From assembly GCA_036383375.1 (NCBI GenBank), contig DASVOL010000494.1:1-53265 (forward strand): DNA of 53,265 bases, read 5' to 3'. Under the pieces are notes generated by a model. That model was not told the DNA's origin, ran no database searches, and saw nothing but the letters and a program-made list of their open reading frames with translations. Origin of the DNA: Bradyrhizobium sp. GTDB taxonomy: Bacteria; Pseudomonadota; Alphaproteobacteria; Rhizobiales; Xanthobacteraceae. Positions 24,937-35,247 of the stretch are shown here, in pieces; the first letter of the stretch is position 1; each line of letters opens with the position of its first letter. Made by a program: the position numbers and the translations under genes.

Positions 24937-25857
24937 ATGATCCAATCCGACGCCACCTTCGACGGCACCTTTCCGTTCACGCCGCATTTCAGCGCGGCGC
25001 CGGGCTTCCGGATGCACTATCTTGACGAAGGTCCGCGGGACGGCGAGGTGGTGCTCTGCCTCCACGGCGAACCGACCTGGGGCTATCTGTTTCGCCGTCT
25101 GGTGCCGGTCCTGCGCGCGACGCATCGCGTGGTCGTTCCGGATCACATGGGGTTCGGCAAGAGCGCGACGCCGGCTGAGCGCAGCTATTGGCTGCAGGAC
25201 CATGTCGACAATCTCGAAGCGCTGGTCCTTGCGCTCGATCTCACCGACATCACGCTGGTCATGCATGACTTCGGTGGTCCCGTCGGCATGGGCTTCGCGG
25301 CCAGGCATCCGGATCGCATCCGCCGCGTCATCTCGGCCAATGGGCCGACGCCGTTCGGGCAGAGCGATCTGTTCGAGCGCGTCACCGCCAATGCGCTGGC
25401 TTCGCCGTGGTTTCAATGGATCGCAAACGCCGAAGCGAAGGGTGAGCTCGAGCCGGTTCTCGGCCAGCTCGGCTTCAACATCCTGAGCACGCTCAAGCTC
25501 AACGGCTTCGAGAACAACGCCGTCATCACCGACGCCTGGCTTGCCGCCTACGGCGCCCCATTCGCGCGTCCGGCCGACTGCCTCGGTGCGATCGGATGGG
25601 CCAGGGGCTTTGCGACCGGCGCGCACAGGTTCGACGCGCCGGATCCCACCGCCGACCGCGCGATCCGCAGCAAGCCTGCACTCGCCATCTGGGGCGAAGC
25701 GGACCGCACGCTGCAGGCGGAGCATTTGCTGCCGCTGTTTTCCGCGATCTTCCCGGCGGCGCCGGTCAAGCGCCTTGCCGGCGTCGGGCATTACTGTTTT
25801 GAGGATGCTCCGGAGGAAATCGGCAGCCTGATCGCCGAGTTCATCCGGCAGGCCTGA
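24937..25857 (+). CDS. Alpha/beta hydrolase, haloalkane dehalogenase/OleB-like
   Basis: MHYLDEG, LHGEPTW, PDHMGFGKS, nucleophile elbow MHDFGG, GHYCFED. Confidence 0.85.
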   Translation: MIQSDATFDGTFPFTPHFSAAPGFRMHYLDEGPRDGEVVLCLHGEPTWGYLFRRLVPVLRATHRVVVPDHMGFGKSATPAERSYWLQDHVDNLEALVLALDLTDITLVMHDFGGPVGMGFAARHPDRIRRVISANGPTPFGQSDLFERVTANALASPWFQWIANAEAKGELEPVLGQLGFNILSTLKLNGFENNAVITDAWLAAYGAPFARPADCLGAIGWARGFATGAHRFDAPDPTADRAIRSKPALAIWGEADRTLQAEHLLPLFSAIFPAAPVKRLAGVGHYCFEDAPEEIGSLIAEFIRQA

Positions 25858-25999
25858 CTGCGTGCCCGATCGCATGCGGGGGCAGGGCAGCAACGTCGCT
25901 GGTCAGGCGGCAGAGGTTTCGGATTGATCCGGTCGTGCCTGCTCGCAAGGAACGAGCAGGACGGTCACATCGCCAAACTACGATCGGCGTGTGGCTCGT

Positions 26000-26287
26000 T
26001 CAGCTCGCGCCGGCGAGAATGACGAGGTTGTTGATGACGGGCGTTGAGCAAAACGCCACCACAAGGGCGATCCTGGAAAGGCTTTGGCTGCGCCAAAGCA
26101 ACGCGATGACGAGGTACGTCAAACCCAATTTCGGGATCAGCCACCAGGCGCCGAACCAGGTCTGGGCCATCTCCATGAACGGGTTTGCCTCGTTGAACCC
26201 GAGCTCCAAAATCCTGTTGGTGGTCGCGAGGTCCGCGCATCCAAGGAGCAGCACGGAGAGCAGCAGCAGTGCCTTGACCCAATTCAT
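26000..26287 (-). CDS. Small membrane protein (DUF5658-like)
   Basis: D..TT...G..EANP motif, three hydrophobic segments, GAGG RBS. Confidence 0.65.
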   Translation of the reverse strand: MNWVKALLLLSVLLLGCADLATTNRILELGFNEANPFMEMAQTWFGAWWLIPKLGLTYLVIALLWRSQSLSRIALVVAFCSTPVINNLVILAGAS

Positions 26288-26444
26288 TTCAGCCTCTTGG
26301 TGCCGAGCGCCAGCCCGGCAATGCTCCTAATCATTGGGCTGATTCGTTAATTGTCGGTTCCGGCAGGAGATTCAACCGCGGCACCCACATGAGCGCCCGG
26401 CCATTTGGCATGGCCGCCGCTCCGGGCACCCCCTTGCATTTGCT

Positions 26445-27425
26445 CTAGACGACACCAACGACCCTGATCGTCGCTGGTTCGGCTCGCGCAAATCGTCTCC
26501 TCGCATAGTTGATCAGCGGAGACTCGATCGTGCGCCAGGTGATCTCCGCCAGGAGGCAGACAACCGGAAGTGCAAGGCAACCGGCAAGCGGACGGCCGAA
26601 GTCAAAGAACACGTCGTAGACGAGCATATGGAATAGATAGAGCGAATAGCATCGGCGTCCCGGCCATACGAACGGACGAAGCAGTTCTGTCCGTTCCATG
26701 TTGGCGCCCAGCCAGACGATCGCGCAGCATGCCGACGCTGCGATGGAGAGAAAGCCGAAGGGTTCGACCATGACGGCATACACCACGTCGCAAAGTGCCG
26801 GCACGCAGGCCAGCACCATCCACACGATGCGGGAGCGGCAGTAGCCGCGCATGAAGCAGGCGAGCAGGACGCCGCCGAACAGTTCATCGAGGCGGCCGGG
26901 CAGCAGAAACTGCCAGGAATGGTCCGGCAGATAGGCGTGAAACAGCCAGCGCCAGACCGGCGCCAGCAGCACGCCTGCCCAAATGGTGCGGATCAGCCAT
27001 CGGCGTGGCAGCCAGTAAATCAGGATCGGCAGGATCAGGTAGAACTGCTCTTCGATGGCCAGCGTCCAGGTGACGAAGGTCAGGTCAGACTGCGGATAGC
27101 CGAACTCCAGCCACGGGATGGCCTGGATGAAGAACAGGTAGTAACCCCAGTGATCCGGCGGCAAGAGCGCCAGCAGCAACCAGTAGAGCGGCAGGATCCG
27201 AAACGCTCTCCGCCCATAGAAGGACGAGAAATAGCCGGGCTGTTCGCGGCTATCCAGCAGGATGCCGCCGATCAGAAAGCCGCTGAGGACGAAGAACAGG
27301 TCAACGCCCAGCATGCCGTATTTGAACCCGAAATAGTGCCGGGCGATGACCAGCGAAATCGCCAGCCCCCTGATCGCGTCAAGCGGTTCGGAACGGTCAG
27401 ACTGACCTTTGCGTTCCGTGCTCAT
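26445..27425 (-). CDS. Acyltransferase-3 (OafA-like) membrane O-acyltransferase
   Basis: LDAIRGLA, GVDLFFVLSGFLI, RRAFRILP, WTLAIEEQFY, YSLYLFH. Confidence 0.9.
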   Translation of the reverse strand: MSTERKGQSDRSEPLDAIRGLAISLVIARHYFGFKYGMLGVDLFFVLSGFLIGGILLDSREQPGYFSSFYGRRAFRILPLYWLLLALLPPDHWGYYLFFIQAIPWLEFGYPQSDLTFVTWTLAIEEQFYLILPILIYWLPRRWLIRTIWAGVLLAPVWRWLFHAYLPDHSWQFLLPGRLDELFGGVLLACFMRGYCRSRIVWMVLACVPALCDVVYAVMVEPFGFLSIAASACCAIVWLGANMERTELLRPFVWPGRRCYSLYLFHMLVYDVFFDFGRPLAGCLALPVVCLLAEITWRTIESPLINYARRRFARAEPATIRVVGVV

Positions 27426-27543
27426 CGATCGCCGATCGCTGCAGAGTCCATCTTGCCCCGCCTTCAGGAGGAGGGGAAAGGCTCCCGCACCCGACAGCGA
27501 AGGGCAACCCGGGACTCTACGGAGCTTTCCGGTCCTGGCCGGC

Positions 27544-29238
27544 TCATCCGGCGAACACGACGACCATGATCGATCCCCAGGTCGTCAGCAGAATGTTCGA
27601 GATCGGATAGGCGGGCGTATAGCCGAGCACCACCACGGAGCTGCCCGAGCGCTCCTGAATGGCGGCCATCGCTGCCGTGACCGTCTGTGCCCCGGTCAAC
27701 GCGCCGAGCAGGAGGATGGGATTCATGCGCAGTACGAAATGGCCGAAGCAGAAGCCGACGATCTGCGGCAACAGGGTGACGATCATGCCGCCGAGGAGCA
27801 GGCCGATGCCCGACTCCCGTATGGCGGAAAGGAAGATCGGTCCGGCATGAATCCCGGTCAGGCCGACAAAGGCCGCCAGTCCGAGCGACGTCATCAGGCT
27901 GATCGCGCCGTCGGGGATCCTGCCGAAATACGGCAGACGGGTGCGGAGATAGCCGACCAGAAGTCCGGCGAGCAGCGTGCCGACGCTGGTGCTCAGCGAG
28001 ATCGTAATGCCGCCAACGGAAAAGCTCAGGAGAACACCAACGAGGCCGCCGAGGAAAATCGCGAGCCCCAGCACAACGAAATCGATGCTGGTGCTCGGCG
28101 CGACGATGACGCCGATGCTCTTGGCCGCATTCTGCACCACCGGCTCAGGACCCACGATGCGAAGCAGATCGCCGCGTTGCAGGACGACGCCGGCGGCGAT
28201 GGGAAGTGCCTCGCCACCCCGGCTCAACGAGTGCAGATAGAGGCCGCGCGCCCAGCTCTGCTCCGACGCCTGCTGGAGACTGCTGCCCGCGAGCTTCGGG
28301 TCGATCAGGAACACGTCTGCCGAGACCAGAGGGATATCGAGCAGATCCCGGTCCTCCACCTCCTGGCCGCGCGGTCCGATCAGTTCCACGACGGTTTGGC
28401 GCGGAGCGGACAGGGCGACAACGTCGCCGGCTGCGAGCTTGGTTCCAGGCTCCGCCTCGAGGATGTTCTCTCCGCGGCGAATGCGGTGGATGAACACGCG
28501 TTGTCCGGGCACCCGGGCTTCGGCGGCGGCAACCGTCAACCCGACAATCGCCGCGCGATCATCCAGCCGGTAGCCGCGCATTTCGAATTTGCGCCAGGCG
28601 GACGCCAGGCCGGGCTTGGCGCGGGTGATGCCCAGGGCCTGTTCCAGCTCGAGCGCTTCCGTCTTCAGGTCGATCTTCAGCAGCGCCGGAACGATAATCG
28701 TGCAGAATGTGATCACGCCGGCATAACCGAATATGTAGCAGACCGCATCGGCCACAGCGATGTGCGAGACGAACAGCGCGCGCTGCGCTTCGGACACGGG
28801 CAGCGAGTTGACTGCGTCGGTCGCCGTCCCCATTGCGGCGCTCTGGCTGAGCGCACCAGACAGCAGTCCGGCGGCAAAGCCGGGGTCGAGCCGCAGCACG
28901 CGTGCCACGACGATCGCGGCGGCAAGGCCGGTGAGGCTCACGACCACGGCCATCAGCATCGGCTTCAGCCCGTCGCGCTTCATCGCCAGAACGAATTGCG
29001 GACCGACCGAATAGCCCACCCCGAACAGGAACAGCAGGAACAGGAACGATTTGGTCATGCTGGAGACGGGCACGTGTGCGAAGTCGCCGACCGCAAGGCC
29101 GGCGAACAACGAGCCCGTCACCGGACCGAGGCTGAAAGCGCCGATCCTGAAGCTGCCGATCCAGTAGCCGGCCGCGATCACCAGGAACAGCGCGAGCTCC
29201 GGATAGCGGACCAGAAACTGCTGCAACCAGAGCAACAT
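27544..29238 (-). CDS. aspT: Aspartate:alanine antiporter (AAE family), paralogue 2
   Basis: FLFGVGYSVGPQF, two hydrophobic halves around TrkA-C-like domains, GAQTVTAA; tandem with paralogue 1. Confidence 0.85.
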   Translation of the reverse strand: MLLWLQQFLVRYPELALFLVIAAGYWIGSFRIGAFSLGPVTGSLFAGLAVGDFAHVPVSSMTKSFLFLLFLFGVGYSVGPQFVLAMKRDGLKPMLMAVVVSLTGLAAAIVVARVLRLDPGFAAGLLSGALSQSAAMGTATDAVNSLPVSEAQRALFVSHIAVADAVCYIFGYAGVITFCTIIVPALLKIDLKTEALELEQALGITRAKPGLASAWRKFEMRGYRLDDRAAIVGLTVAAAEARVPGQRVFIHRIRRGENILEAEPGTKLAAGDVVALSAPRQTVVELIGPRGQEVEDRDLLDIPLVSADVFLIDPKLAGSSLQQASEQSWARGLYLHSLSRGGEALPIAAGVVLQRGDLLRIVGPEPVVQNAAKSIGVIVAPSTSIDFVVLGLAIFLGGLVGVLLSFSVGGITISLSTSVGTLLAGLLVGYLRTRLPYFGRIPDGAISLMTSLGLAAFVGLTGIHAGPIFLSAIRESGIGLLLGGMIVTLLPQIVGFCFGHFVLRMNPILLLGALTGAQTVTAAMAAIQERSGSSVVVLGYTPAYPISNILLTTWGSIMVVVFAG

Positions 29239-29253
29239 TTTCCAGGGCCGCGG

Positions 29254-30945
29254 CTAAGTCATCATCATTACCAGCACCATGCCCCAGATCGTCAGCAGCG
29301 TGTTTCCGACCGCGTAGGTGACGGTATAGCCGAGGCCGGGTATCTGGCTTTTCGCGCGATCGTTGATCATGCCGAGCGATGCGGTCGTCGTGCGCGCGCC
29401 GGAGCAGCATCCGAGCAGGATCGCGTCGTGGAAGCGGAACAGGTATTTGCCGACGAACATCGCCAGGATCAGCGGCACGGTGGTCACCACGACGCCCCAG
29501 AGGAACAGGCTGAAGCCGAGCTTCTGCAGGCCGGCGACAAATCCCGGTCCCGAGGAGATGCCGACCACGGCGATGAACACGTTCAGGCCGACCGAGTTCA
29601 TGAACCACACGGTGGGTGAGGGGATCCGGCCGAACGTCGGGTGCACGGATCGCAGCCAGCCGAAGAACAGGCCTGAGATCAGCGCGCCGCCGGAGGTGGA
29701 CAGGGTAAGCGGCACGCTTCCGATCTTGTAGACGAAGGCGCCGACCAGAGCACCGATCGCGATGGCTGCGCCGATGAATGCAACATCGGCAATGTCGGTC
29801 GCGCGATCCGGCCGGCCCAGCATCTTTGTCGTGGCAACGACGTCGGAGGTGCGGCCGACCAAGGTCAGGATATCCCCCCGGTTGATCTTGGTGTTCGGCA
29901 GGATCGGAATCTCGGTCGCGATCGCCCCCCGGGCGATCCTGCGCAGGAACACGCCGCGCGCGCCAGGTGCCTTCGCCAACTCCGCCAGCGTCTTGCCGTC
30001 GACGTCCTTGCTGGTCACGTAGACATCGACGCCCTCGATCGGCACCGCCAGCAGCTCGCGATCGTCAACTTCCTCCGCCTGCTCGCCGATAAGCTGCACG
30101 AGCACGTCGCGGCGGCCGGCGACGGCGACGACATCGCCGGCATGAATCACGGTGTCGGAGGTTGCCTCCACGATCTTGCCAGCTTGCCGAAGCCGGAGGA
30201 TGAAGATGCGATGATCGGGGATCAGCGCCTCGGCTTGCTCGACCGTCTTGCCGACGACCGGCCCGCGTTCGCTGACGCGATAGGCACGCAAATCGAACTG
30301 ATGCCAGGCCGTACCCGGACCGCCCACCTCTTTCTTGCCGCCGTGCTCCTCTTCATATCTCTTGCAGGCGGACTCGAGATCGATGCCGAGCAGCGCGGGC
30401 CCGAGCAGGGCAAGGACGATCGCCGATCCAACCGTGCCAAAAATGTAGGTCACGGCATAGGCGACCGGCATCGCATCGAGCAGCTTCTTGGCCTCGTCCG
30501 CGGGCAAGCCAAGACGATTGATGGCGTCGGTTGCGAGCCCCATTGACGCGGAGATCGTCTGCGAGCCGGCATAGAGCCCGATGGCCGATCCGACGTCATA
30601 GCCGGCGATCTTCGCGCCGAAATACGCCGAGAGAAGGCAGAACACACACACAACGGCCGCGAAGATCGCCTGCGGAACGCCGTCCTGCGCGATACCGCGC
30701 ACGAATTGCGGTCCGACACCGTAACCGATCGCGAACAGGAACATCAGGAAGAAGAACGGCTTCAGCGGACCTGAAATGGTGATCCCGATCTGGCCGATGA
30801 TGACCGCGGCGATCAGCGTCGCGGTGACCGCACCGAGGCCGAGACCCTTGTAGGTGAAGGATCCGAAGTAGTAGCCGAGGGCCAGCGAGAGGAAGATCGC
30901 GATTTCGGGATAGGTGCGGAGCGTCTGGAAGAACCAATCGATCAT
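29254..30945 (-). CDS. aspT: Aspartate:alanine antiporter (AAE family), paralogue 1
   Basis: [39 protein letters not shown]; divergent from aspD. Confidence 0.88.
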   Translation of the reverse strand: MIDWFFQTLRTYPEIAIFLSLALGYYFGSFTYKGLGLGAVTATLIAAVIIGQIGITISGPLKPFFFLMFLFAIGYGVGPQFVRGIAQDGVPQAIFAAVVCVFCLLSAYFGAKIAGYDVGSAIGLYAGSQTISASMGLATDAINRLGLPADEAKKLLDAMPVAYAVTYIFGTVGSAIVLALLGPALLGIDLESACKRYEEEHGGKKEVGGPGTAWHQFDLRAYRVSERGPVVGKTVEQAEALIPDHRIFILRLRQAGKIVEATSDTVIHAGDVVAVAGRRDVLVQLIGEQAEEVDDRELLAVPIEGVDVYVTSKDVDGKTLAELAKAPGARGVFLRRIARGAIATEIPILPNTKINRGDILTLVGRTSDVVATTKMLGRPDRATDIADVAFIGAAIAIGALVGAFVYKIGSVPLTLSTSGGALISGLFFGWLRSVHPTFGRIPSPTVWFMNSVGLNVFIAVVGISSGPGFVAGLQKLGFSLFLWGVVVTTVPLILAMFVGKYLFRFHDAILLGCCSGARTTTASLGMINDRAKSQIPGLGYTVTYAVGNTLLTIWGMVLVMMMT

Positions 30946-31067
30946 GATGTCACCCGTTCATGCTGTCCCGGGGCTTCGGCGTGCGCCCGCTTCGATCTCA
31001 CGCAGGGGGCCGAAAAGGGCGAGCAACTGTATCGATCGACATCAGACGGTGGCCGGCAGGAAGGATG

Positions 31068-31081
31068 TTGATCTATGTCAA
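31068..31081. promoter_or_regulatory. FixK/FNR box
   Basis: TTGATCTATGTCAA, aspT side of the aspT/aspD intergenic region. Confidence 0.75.
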
Positions 31082-31166
31082 CCGCAAGTACGACAGCCTC
31101 GTAATTTCATTGTCTTGCGACAACGCACGCGTGCGCCGCTGCGATGGCAAGGCCTGCACGAGACCG

Positions 31167-31180
31167 TTGACATAGATCAA
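31167..31180. promoter_or_regulatory. FixK/FNR box
   Basis: TTGACATAGATCAA, exact reverse complement of the 31068 box, upstream of aspD. Confidence 0.75.
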
Positions 31181-31266
31181 CGCTCGTCATCGGCCGCCGC
31201 TCATGCTGAGCGCAAGGCGCCTGTCCACCTCCATTCCAACACCTTGCATCGTCCCGGGAGTGTCAA

Positions 31267-32898
31267 ATGGCCGATCTTCTGACCTTAAAGAAATTCGAGG
31301 CGTTAAGCCCGTTCGAGATCAAGGACGAACTGATCAACCTCGCGAAGAGCAGTTCGAAGCGGAGTCAGATGCCCTTCCTGAACGCCGGGCGTGGCAACCC
31401 CAACTGGGTGGCCACGACGCCGCGCGAAGGCTTCTTCCTGCTCGGACAGTTCGCCATGACCGAGAGCAAGCGGGTGATGGAGCACCCGGCGGGCATCGGA
31501 GGCATGGCTCAGGCAAAGGGCATCGCCGGACGGTTCGAGGCCTGGCTCGCACAGCACAAGGACATGCCGGGCGCGAGCTTCCTGACCGAGATGCTGCCCT
31601 TTGCGGTGAAGAAATTCGGCTTCGATCCCGACGCCTTCGTCCACGAGCTGGTCGATTCGATCATCGGCGACAATTACCCGGTGCCGGACCGGATGCTGGT
31701 GCACAACGAACGGATCGTGCACGAATATCTGATGTGGGCGGTTTGCGGCGAGCCCCGGCCGGCCGGGAAATTCGACATCTATGCGGTCGAGGGCGGTACG
31801 GCGGCGATGTGCTACCTCTTCAAGTCGCTGAAGGCCAATCGGCTGCTGGTGCCCGGTGACACGATTGCGCTGGCGACGCCGATTTTCACGCCCTACATCG
31901 AGATGACGCACCTGGAAGATTACGATCTGAAGGTCGTTCAGATCAGGGCTCCGCAGGAAAACAAATTCCAGTTCACCGACGAGGAAATCAGGAAGCTGGA
32001 GGACCCGAAGGTCAAGGCCTTCTTCGTCGTCAATCCGTCCAATCCTCCGGGGATGGCGTTGAGCAAGGAGACGATCGCCAAGCTGGCCAATCTGGTCAAG
32101 ACCAAGCGCCCCGACCTGATGATCCTCACCGACGACGTCTACGGGACCTTCGTGCACAATTTCCGTTCGCTGCTCGGCGAGCTGCCGCACAACACCATCG
32201 GCGTCTACTCCTACTCGAAGTATTTCGGCTGCACGGGATGGCGGCTCGGGGCCATCGCCATCCACGAAGACAACATCTTCGACAAGATGATCGCCAAGTT
32301 GCCGGACGCCGCCGTGAAGGCGCTCGACAAGCGTTACGGGCCGCTCACGCTCGAACCGCGCAAGCTCAAGCTGATCGACCGCATCGTCGCCGACAGCCGC
32401 GACGTGGCGCTCAATCACACCGCGGGACTGTCGTTGCCGCAGCAGGTCATGATGAGCCTGTTCTCACTCGCGGAGATGCTGGACGTGAAGAAGGCCTACC
32501 AGGCCGCCTGCATGGAGATCGTCAACAAGCGCCTGTGGTCGCTGCTCGACGGGCTCGGGCTCGCCGACAAGCTGACCCCCAATCCGAACTACGATGCCTA
32601 CTATGCCCTGATCGACTTCGAGTTCTGGGCCCGAAAGAACATCGGCGACGATGCCGTCGAAAATCTCAAGAAGAATGTCCATCCGCTGGACCTTGCGTTC
32701 AGGCTGGCCGAAGCCCACGGGATCGTGCTGTTGAATGGAGGTGGGTTCGATGCACCCGAATGGTCGCTTCGGGTGTCGCTCGCGAATCTCCCTGACGATG
32801 TCTACGACGATATCGGACGCGGCGTCCGGACCATCGCCAGGGGCTATCGCGATGCCTACGAAGCTGCGACAGGCAAGGGCGGAGGCGCAAGGCGCTGA
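31267..32898 (+). CDS. aspD: Aspartate 4-decarboxylase (PLP, fold type I)
   Basis: LSPFEIKD, LNAGRGNPNW, EGGTAAM, TDDVYGTF, YSYSKYFGCTGWRLG, LNHTAGLS, RVSLANL. Confidence 0.95.
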   Translation: MADLLTLKKFEALSPFEIKDELINLAKSSSKRSQMPFLNAGRGNPNWVATTPREGFFLLGQFAMTESKRVMEHPAGIGGMAQAKGIAGRFEAWLAQHKDMPGASFLTEMLPFAVKKFGFDPDAFVHELVDSIIGDNYPVPDRMLVHNERIVHEYLMWAVCGEPRPAGKFDIYAVEGGTAAMCYLFKSLKANRLLVPGDTIALATPIFTPYIEMTHLEDYDLKVVQIRAPQENKFQFTDEEIRKLEDPKVKAFFVVNPSNPPGMALSKETIAKLANLVKTKRPDLMILTDDVYGTFVHNFRSLLGELPHNTIGVYSYSKYFGCTGWRLGAIAIHEDNIFDKMIAKLPDAAVKALDKRYGPLTLEPRKLKLIDRIVADSRDVALNHTAGLSLPQQVMMSLFSLAEMLDVKKAYQAACMEIVNKRLWSLLDGLGLADKLTPNPNYDAYYALIDFEFWARKNIGDDAVENLKKNVHPLDLAFRLAEAHGIVLLNGGGFDAPEWSLRVSLANLPDDVYDDIGRGVRTIARGYRDAYEAATGKGGGARR

Positions 32899-33109
32899 CG
32901 AACTGAAATTCAACGGGTCGGAACGATTCCGTTGAGCCCCGGCGCGACAGCCGGATAACGCTGCCCGGACATCCGCCATTCGGGTGTCCAGATGTCGCGT
33001 CGTCAGCCGGCCGGCTCTCATGGCCCGACTGGGTGAGCCATGTTGTCGCACATGATTTCGATCGTCTGGCACAAGCTGCACTGGTCACCCGGTTTCCGCG
33101 TGATCTACG

Positions 33110-33298
33110 ATGACGATCATGAGGAATGGCGGCGACATATTTAGTCGAATCGTTCGTGCAGGCCCGTCGGCTCGCGCTCGCGGTTGGTTGAATCACTGGC
33201 TTGAAGCCATCGACGGCGATTTTGCTTTCAGGATGATTGTTGTCACGGCCGGCACAGTGTCGACCATGGCGATTGCATTCGGATTGCTATCGCCCTGA
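33110..33298 (+). CDS. Possible small membrane protein
   Basis: 62-aa ORF with a C-terminal hydrophobic stretch in an otherwise empty gap; no clear RBS. Confidence 0.25.
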   Translation: MTIMRNGGDIFSRIVRAGPSARARGWLNHWLEAIDGDFAFRMIVVTAGTVSTMAIAFGLLSP

Positions 33299-33306
33299 GC
33301 GCGCCG

Positions 33307-34083
33307 CTACCTGCAGTCGAGCGAGCTGATGTCGCTGACGAGATCGGCGCCGGCAACCGCAGGCACGAGCCCGGTCTTGACCGCATAGCCGCCGACGATC
33401 ACATGTGGCCGGCCCGACGCAGGGAGCGCGGCAACTCGTCTGGCAATGTCGGCAACGGCCTCGTGTTGTTCGGGCAGTGCCATAGAGATCAGCAGGTATC
33501 TTGGCTTGGTCGCAACGAGACGCTTCTGCAGTCCAGCGAAGTCAATGGGACCGTCGACGATCTCGGCGTGGCCTCCGCGGCTGCCGAGCCAGAGCGCGAG
33601 GATGCGGATCGCCAGCGTGTGAGCGTTGCCCGGCGCATTCATGAGCAGGAACTGACCGGAGGGCGAGGCTCTCGGTGCTTGTCCGAGCGCGCTCATCCTC
33701 GCCGTGATCAGTTCGATGACCTCCTTGCAGAAGGCGGTAAAACGATGCTCGCCTTCGACGCTGAGCGCGCCGGTCTTCCAATCCTCACCGATCTGATACA
33801 GCATCGGGGCGATCATGCCGATCAGGATGTCGACCGGCCGGCAGCTTGCCCCGATTGCCTCGTCGATGACGGCTTTCGCGGCTTGGAGGTTGTTGTTGCG
33901 CCCGGCAATGAACAGGCGGCCGAAAATATCGCGGAGGAATTGTGCGTGCGCGAGCTCGCGCCCCTCCAAGGACCAGTAGTGCTTCGCTTCGCAGTCCGCG
34001 CACAAGCCGTGCGTGATGCTGAAATCGCCGTATTCAGGTGCTTCGCCCGTGAAGCGTTGGCAGTATGAGCACCATTTCAGCAC
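33307..34083 (-). CDS. Cobalamin-binding-domain protein with N-terminal Cys/His motif
   Basis: IAPMLYQIGEDW..G.LSV..EH (B12-binding_2 cap), PGNAHTLA, VIVGG Rossmann domain; WCSYC...THGLCADC. Confidence 0.78.
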   Translation of the reverse strand: MLKWCSYCQRFTGEAPEYGDFSITHGLCADCEAKHYWSLEGRELAHAQFLRDIFGRLFIAGRNNNLQAAKAVIDEAIGASCRPVDILIGMIAPMLYQIGEDWKTGALSVEGEHRFTAFCKEVIELITARMSALGQAPRASPSGQFLLMNAPGNAHTLAIRILALWLGSRGGHAEIVDGPIDFAGLQKRLVATKPRYLLISMALPEQHEAVADIARRVAALPASGRPHVIVGGYAVKTGLVPAVAGADLVSDISSLDCR

Positions 34084-34109
34084 GAGACGGCTACTCCCGG
34101 CGGTGATGA

Positions 34110-34427
34110 ATGCGCTTCAGAATAATTGCAAAGTCGACCGGACGTCGAGACCGCTGTGCAGCCAGGTTCGGTATCGGGGCCTGCGTCACGACCTTCGTGT
34201 TCTGCTGCGCACACGAGGCGGTCGCGCTGCCGCTGACAACATTCCGTTATGAGGCGCAGGCGCATCGGCATTGTCCCGGGGATACCGTGGTCTGGCTCGA
34301 TCTCCGCCGCGGACGCTATTATCTCAAGGGACAGAGCCGCTATGCCAGAGGCTTCGACGGCAGTTACGTATGCAGGAACGAAGCCCGCGACAGCGGCTAT
34401 CGGCAATCGTTGCTCGGTCTCCGCTGA
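34110..34427 (+). CDS. Small secreted hypothetical protein
   Basis: Signal-like N-terminus; HCPGDTVVW...YVC.NEA...GYR pattern; start uncertain. Confidence 0.55.
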   Translation: MRFRIIAKSTGRRDRCAARFGIGACVTTFVFCCAHEAVALPLTTFRYEAQAHRHCPGDTVVWLDLRRGRYYLKGQSRYARGFDGSYVCRNEARDSGYRQSLLGLR

Positions 34428-34463
34428 TGCCAGCAAAGGCCGGCGTGGCGCCCCAGGACCGGC

Positions 34464-34841
34464 CTACCATCCGTAGTAGTAGCTCGGCTGGCGGTAATAG
34501 CCGTAGCCTCCGCCAGGCGGGCAATAGCCGTAGCCACCGTAGCCATACCCGCCGCCGTAATAGGGATATCCGCCATAGGCTGAACTTGCGATGGCTCCGC
34601 CGACGATCGCACCGGCTGCGGCGGCACCCCATCCTCGATAACCCCAGCCGCCGTAGCCTCCTCTCCAACCGCGGTAACCCCAGCCACCGCCCCATCCGCC
34701 CCAACGGACCTGAACGGTGCCGTTGTCGACCGGGGCTTTTATGGCCGCGATGTTGGTCGGCAGCGGGGCTGCCTGGCTCGCGTCGAAGCCGGTCGCGCTC
34801 GCAAGCAAGGTCAAAGCCAGCAAGGTTCTGGTGTTCTTCAT
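34464..34841 (-). CDS. Secreted Gly/Tyr-rich protein (BA14K-like N-terminus)
   Basis: GGAGGA RBS, signal peptide ..SQA-AP, VQVRW, GAIVGGAIA, GY repeats. Confidence 0.75.
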   Translation of the reverse strand: MKNTRTLLALTLLASATGFDASQAAPLPTNIAAIKAPVDNGTVQVRWGGWGGGWGYRGWRGGYGGWGYRGWGAAAAGAIVGGAIASSAYGGYPYYGGGYGYGGYGYCPPGGGYGYYRQPSYYYGW

Positions 34842-34950
34842 GATGTCCTCCGGATTGGGGTGACAGGGCAGTCGTGATCAAACGCGGGCAAATCACGACC
34901 GACTTCCAGATCATGTGTAGCCGAGACTGTCAGCCGACGGCATCAGCAGC

Positions 34951-34964
34951 TTGATTTGAATCAA
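34951..34964. promoter_or_regulatory. FixK/FNR box
   Basis: TTGATTTGAATCAA, perfect TTGAT-N4-ATCAA. Confidence 0.75.
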
Positions 34965-35165
34965 AGTGACCGTGGGGATCCGCCGTGGAGCAGACGATGA
35001 TCCTGCACCTTGGGACAATTGCTGCAGGCTGCCGTCCGCCGCCTAATCGGAGTGCGATCGCGATCGTGATCCCGGCCGTGATCGCATCCCGACGAAGTTG
35101 GAGCGGCCCCGATTCCTACCCCCGAACCGGGGCCGCTTCTTGAGAGAGGAGCAGGCGCGCGACGC

Positions 35166-35179
35166 TTGATCTGGATCAA
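35166..35179. promoter_or_regulatory. FixK/FNR box
   Basis: TTGATCTGGATCAA, ~70 nt upstream of AI-2E gene. Confidence 0.8.
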
Positions 35180-35247
35180 CTCGCGCGCGGCAGTGCGATG
35201 GCACCGCTTGCTGCGTGCCTGCTTGATGTTCAATCGAAAGCACGCTC

